From: Candidatus Omnitrophota bacterium
GTDB taxonomy: Bacteria; Omnitrophota; Gorgyraeia; Gygaellales; Profunditerraquicolaceae
Length of the DNA: 48,288 nt
Assembly: GCA_043808405.1 (NCBI GenBank)
Contig: JAZDEX010000039.1
Location: 1-48,288 of the forward strand
Direction of reading: 5' to 3'
Position 1 is the first letter of the stretch; every line of letters starts with the position of its first letter. The notes under the pieces were generated by a model. It was not told the origin of the DNA and ran no database searches. It saw only the letters and a list, made by a program, of their open reading frames with translations. Shown piece by piece: positions 46,201 to 48,288 of this stretch. A program made the translations under genes and the position numbers.

Positions 46201-48288
46201 CAGCTTGTAAGAAAATGTTGGAGTTATTACGACAGAAAGCGAATGCGTTTACAGTTTATTATCCGATTGGAGTAAGTATTAATTTTGATCCTACTATTAC
46301 TATGGAGGGAGAGTTGCAAGAAGTAGGTAGTCGGATTTCTACTTTCTTACAAGCTGTTGAGGCCGCGACTGCTATAACTAGCAATGAAGTAATAGGCGAA
46401 TCATCTAAACAAGCCATCTTGACGCCAATAGATGAATTGTTAGCGAGAAAAAATGCGGAAATTATTTTTTCTACTCCGCAAAGCCCTGAGAAGAGATATC
46501 ATCTTAAGATACAAGAAGACTTTATGAGCCCTGGATTAGGGGAGAAAAAAACAGAGTCGATGTTTTCAGTAGAAACTGTTTCTCAAGAAGGAGAAAACGG
46601 GTATCCAGTAGCAATGCTGACAGGAATTACTATGGATAATGATGGTATTGTAACTTTTAATTGGATTATTACTTTAGATTATCAAAAAGTATTTAAAGAA
46701 ATTCAGGGATTACGTTCAGCCTGTGAGCCAGGAGATATGACTTTAATCGATACCATGGCTCTTTATTTCGTAATCGGTTCTCCTGAATATGCTGCGCAGG
46801 CGAAATTTCTATGGAAGCATCTCACATCGTTACAGATTAAAACTGATGAAGATGTAACAAAATTTTTTCAGAATGCTCCTAAGAATTTGCGAGGTGAAGG
46901 TGTGGGTAGCGCTTGCCTTGAATTTCTGACTAGTTTTATGCCGATCGGAAGTAGAATAAAATCTGCTTTGGCAAATAAAGAATCTTTGGATGCGTTAGAT
47001 AAGGGAGAGAGGCCTGAAAATACTTTAATTGGTAAAATGTTCCAAAGGTTAGGGTATGAAGTAAATCAGAAAAGTGATGATGGGTTTAGTATGTTCCCCG
47101 GCTATATTTTGGAGAAAAGAAGATTACCATATTTTAAAATAGTCTGGTGGAATAAAGATATACTCGGAAAACATTTTTTGCCATCCAACTCTACTCCCTC
47201 AGCCGCCGCTAAGGCTTCGAGCGCAGTGGTTAGCAATGAACAAGCTGGGTTATATATAGAGGATCAAATTAGAGCAATAGGAATGTATGCGGATACGCTT
47301 GAGGGCCGGCAGGGTAAATTAAAAGAAATGCTGGCAAAGGGCTTTGCCTACATAAAAGATGGTATTGTATTTATTAGAATACAGGGTTTATTAAATAAGG
47401 GGCAATTTGGACATATAGGCTTAGGGCAAACTTATGGCCAGTCAGTTGTATATATCGATCAAGATTACGCCGAGAATGCTACTATTCAAGGCCATGAATT
47501 AGAAGAAATTAGATTATGGAATCAGGCTTTAGATAATGAACTTAGAGGAGAGGTAAAGTCCCTCGGCGAAGTCCGCGCCTGGATGCGGGAAAATTTACAA
47601 GAAGCTGTAGATTTAACCGAGAAACTCCACGCCCAAGCAAATCAGAAATTTAATGTTGATGTATTCGCTAAAAGCTCAGGCATTATCACACAGCGCGATG
47701 GGGTAGAGGAATTAAGGTCCGGCGAGACTCCGAGCGTGGCGGCTTTTCCGCCACTTCAACAGAATGAAATGTCTGCTATAGTGGGCTCAAGCGTAAAGAT
47801 AGCTGATGATCGAGTCTTACCTGGTAATAAATTAACTATTGATGCGTTGCAACAGATGCTTGATGAGATTTATCCTGGAGAGAAAAAAGAAGAAACCTTC
47901 TGGCAGTATCGAGGTAAGAATTATCTTTTATTGTCGACGCAACATTACGTAAGAGTCGGTAGTTTTGTTTTTCTACCATATGGTATTTGGCGCCAAGAAA
48001 AAGAAAAATTATTACCATATCGAGATTTTATAATTGTATCTGAATTACGTAGAGGCAATGAAGTAGGTATTTTAAATTTTCCATATGGAAATCAAACCCG
48101 ATTATCAATTTTAATGCTTCAGGCTTATGCTATCCTAATTAAGGAACAAGTTATTTTAGATGTAGGTAGTGGTAGTGACGCGATTCTTTCTATAGTTGCA
48201 AGTCGCTTGGGAGCAAAAAAAATTATTGGCGTTGAACTAAACCGTGAATCAGTAATATTGTCACATGTGTTTTTAAAAATAAATGGAG
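43215..48288 (+). CDS. Large secreted multidomain protein, 5' part (at least 1691 aa; runs off the window)
   Basis: Hand-translated with no stop from ATG 43215 to the end: MPSKTLFKILSLFICFLLIFDQSGLA signal; FWVNLRPDSP...RPWIVPG...LKVMLEEDYL...RSYFSGG domain; HEVGH, HIHP..S..D, RGEGVG, HELEE and LDVGSG motifs. Confidence 0.9.
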   Translation, partial: MPSKTLFKILSLFICFLLIFDQSGLAQTAAQLNIAGYLSGLNNAAIQNKFRPLHLRFLQYIAENNSFKLLIDKGSGSVIASEAEGRAKQSFKIASSPAAPRNDTELEAATKNLLNYFFIGLTLPNDSFWVNLRPDSPDNIIDDALAKTDVGKILLEADVQLKKDTAKFTSPDTPEGKVYWSKLYKKAGELFGSENITIPTLTRPWIVPGEIIIYESKGSAYVYKASLKVMLEEDYLRDASSSRRLNVDYSVDNFKDERLKQLNKYSTELIKESIIPKLTKEINTSKRYAALRQVYYSLILAQWFKTRFNVGAPLVGAINDRAGTRPAPTNMINLIDSKNLTNLTSKTAWSKDTYFQEYQKSFKDGEYNYQEPVYTMQGKNIRSYFSGGLTLGKAVAGAVSSDPAGLAGAGTARIEHSLKASPDTVANLAVTAELNPNNPSEVTRVTAGIPEEASLPEVPQAQGQSIGASSSNIDLDDSTSLTDLGQSTGKSGLIGKYEVIDGPVFNETLGILVVRLRDIETQKERTVNLKLAKRISLKDTKRKLQDNQILMNNKIAGKIVKWFLDIFHGDILAIEDNEYGIFGASGSTIIVTDKLSANPIVLFHEVGHSAIDSGAVSVDEIIDFLSPEAKSWFDAHISKGGRANLRVHYALRALQRDIFGEDDKELTEVIKHSLEGQASEHLTPRKSVVNIWQAIKGRTAILIGNDRQIRNYLALELEDFRQTFNPERLKRIIFQLIDARRLEYLDPLLSVLCSFKYMSYMDTLALQGESMVHAINRSIADIEHKLVQAGNWSFSEKMSRWGRDAIVKADYMRIDTDFKEQVFKTGKRVDTIEAVLAQIDAAKFGDAYVLERVLTYAEYLTLFKGKTYELGISIVEHEGKYYTVIIRGNKTSCYILDGLLGIHIHPGNGIYTVFASWGDIESLRASSSNDNYIYHEASKSLLKYSIMGNYKQDYILIKLDDGREYKFSIKHDDFKNVLIYGPMVGLGEKNAVVIDTACKKMLELLRQKANAFTVYYPIGVSINFDPTITMEGELQEVGSRISTFLQAVEAATAITSNEVIGESSKQAILTPIDELLARKNAEIIFSTPQSPEKRYHLKIQEDFMSPGLGEKKTESMFSVETVSQEGENGYPVAMLTGITMDNDGIVTFNWIITLDYQKVFKEIQGLRSACEPGDMTLIDTMALYFVIGSPEYAAQAKFLWKHLTSLQIKTDEDVTKFFQNAPKNLRGEGVGSACLEFLTSFMPIGSRIKSALANKESLDALDKGERPENTLIGKMFQRLGYEVNQKSDDGFSMFPGYILEKRRLPYFKIVWWNKDILGKHFLPSNSTPSAAAKASSAVVSNEQAGLYIEDQIRAIGMYADTLEGRQGKLKEMLAKGFAYIKDGIVFIRIQGLLNKGQFGHIGLGQTYGQSVVYIDQDYAENATIQGHELEEIRLWNQALDNELRGEVKSLGEVRAWMRENLQEAVDLTEKLHAQANQKFNVDVFAKSSGIITQRDGVEELRSGETPSVAAFPPLQQNEMSAIVGSSVKIADDRVLPGNKLTIDALQQMLDEIYPGEKKEETFWQYRGKNYLLLSTQHYVRVGSFVFLPYGIWRQEKEKLLPYRDFIIVSELRRGNEVGILNFPYGNQTRLSILMLQAYAILIKEQVILDVGSGSDAILSIVASRLGAKKIIGVELNRESVILSHVFLKING
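43442..43527. repeat. Family A palindromic doublet, in frame within the large ORF
   Basis: 15-bp terminal IR CAGTGTCATTGCGAG/CTCGCAATGACACTG and 12-bp central IR CGAAGCAATCTT-TC-AAGATTGCTTCG. Confidence 0.9.
43935..43978 (+). repeat. Family B element, copy 2, in frame within the large ORF
   Basis: Perfect 28-bp palindrome AGTAGTCGACGTTTAAACGTCGACTACT, then C-TGTGGATAACTTTAA. Confidence 0.85.
44141..44201. repeat. GTAG-type REP doublet (family C), in frame within the large ORF
   Basis: TGTAGGGGC...GCCCCTACA ends; hairpins GGCACCC-CTTGT-GGGTGCC and GGGCGGGC-ACAAG-GCCCGCCC with complementary loops. Confidence 0.9.

Noticed and set aside
43322-48018. Short track ORFs at 43322, 44106, 44218 and 47836
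   Set aside because: All are shadows of the long + strand ORF from 43215; two are antisense readings across the palindromes.

Overview
AT-rich bacterial chromosomal window with almost all genes on the + strand. Gene content and the N-terminal domain of the last ORF suggest Candidatus Omnitrophota (inference from recalled motifs, not searched). Left to right: end of a DUF2130 gene; Pif1-like helicase; secreted GH123-like glycosidase with six Ig-like repeats; glycogen phosphorylase; AAA_14 ATPase; a ydaJKLMN-like exopolysaccharide operon extended by a TPR/beta-barrel gene; a receiver protein; a type II FAS/PKS-like cluster (inactive KS, FabG, ACP, FabZ, FabF, hydrolase, CrtI-like oxidoreductase); dnaX-recR; ABC-F; tRNA-Asn; several membrane/lipoproteins; a cold-shock gene; queC; csoR with a secreted Cys-rich metallothionein-like peptide; polyprenyl synthase; gpmA; an arsenic cluster; nikMN-like genes. 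The last 5 kb is one ORF missing from the ORF track because it has no stop (43215 to window end, at least 1691 aa). It encodes a signal peptide, a conserved-looking N-terminal domain, then zincin-, JAB-, GNAT-, HExxE- and PrmA-like modules. Three different palindromic repeat elements sit in frame inside its N-terminal domain. Top candidates for novelty: this multi-enzyme giant protein and its coding palindromes, the CsoR-controlled exported metallothionein-like peptide, the diderm yda-like EPS system and the KS/CLF-type lipid cluster. All family names come from motif recognition; no database search was run.
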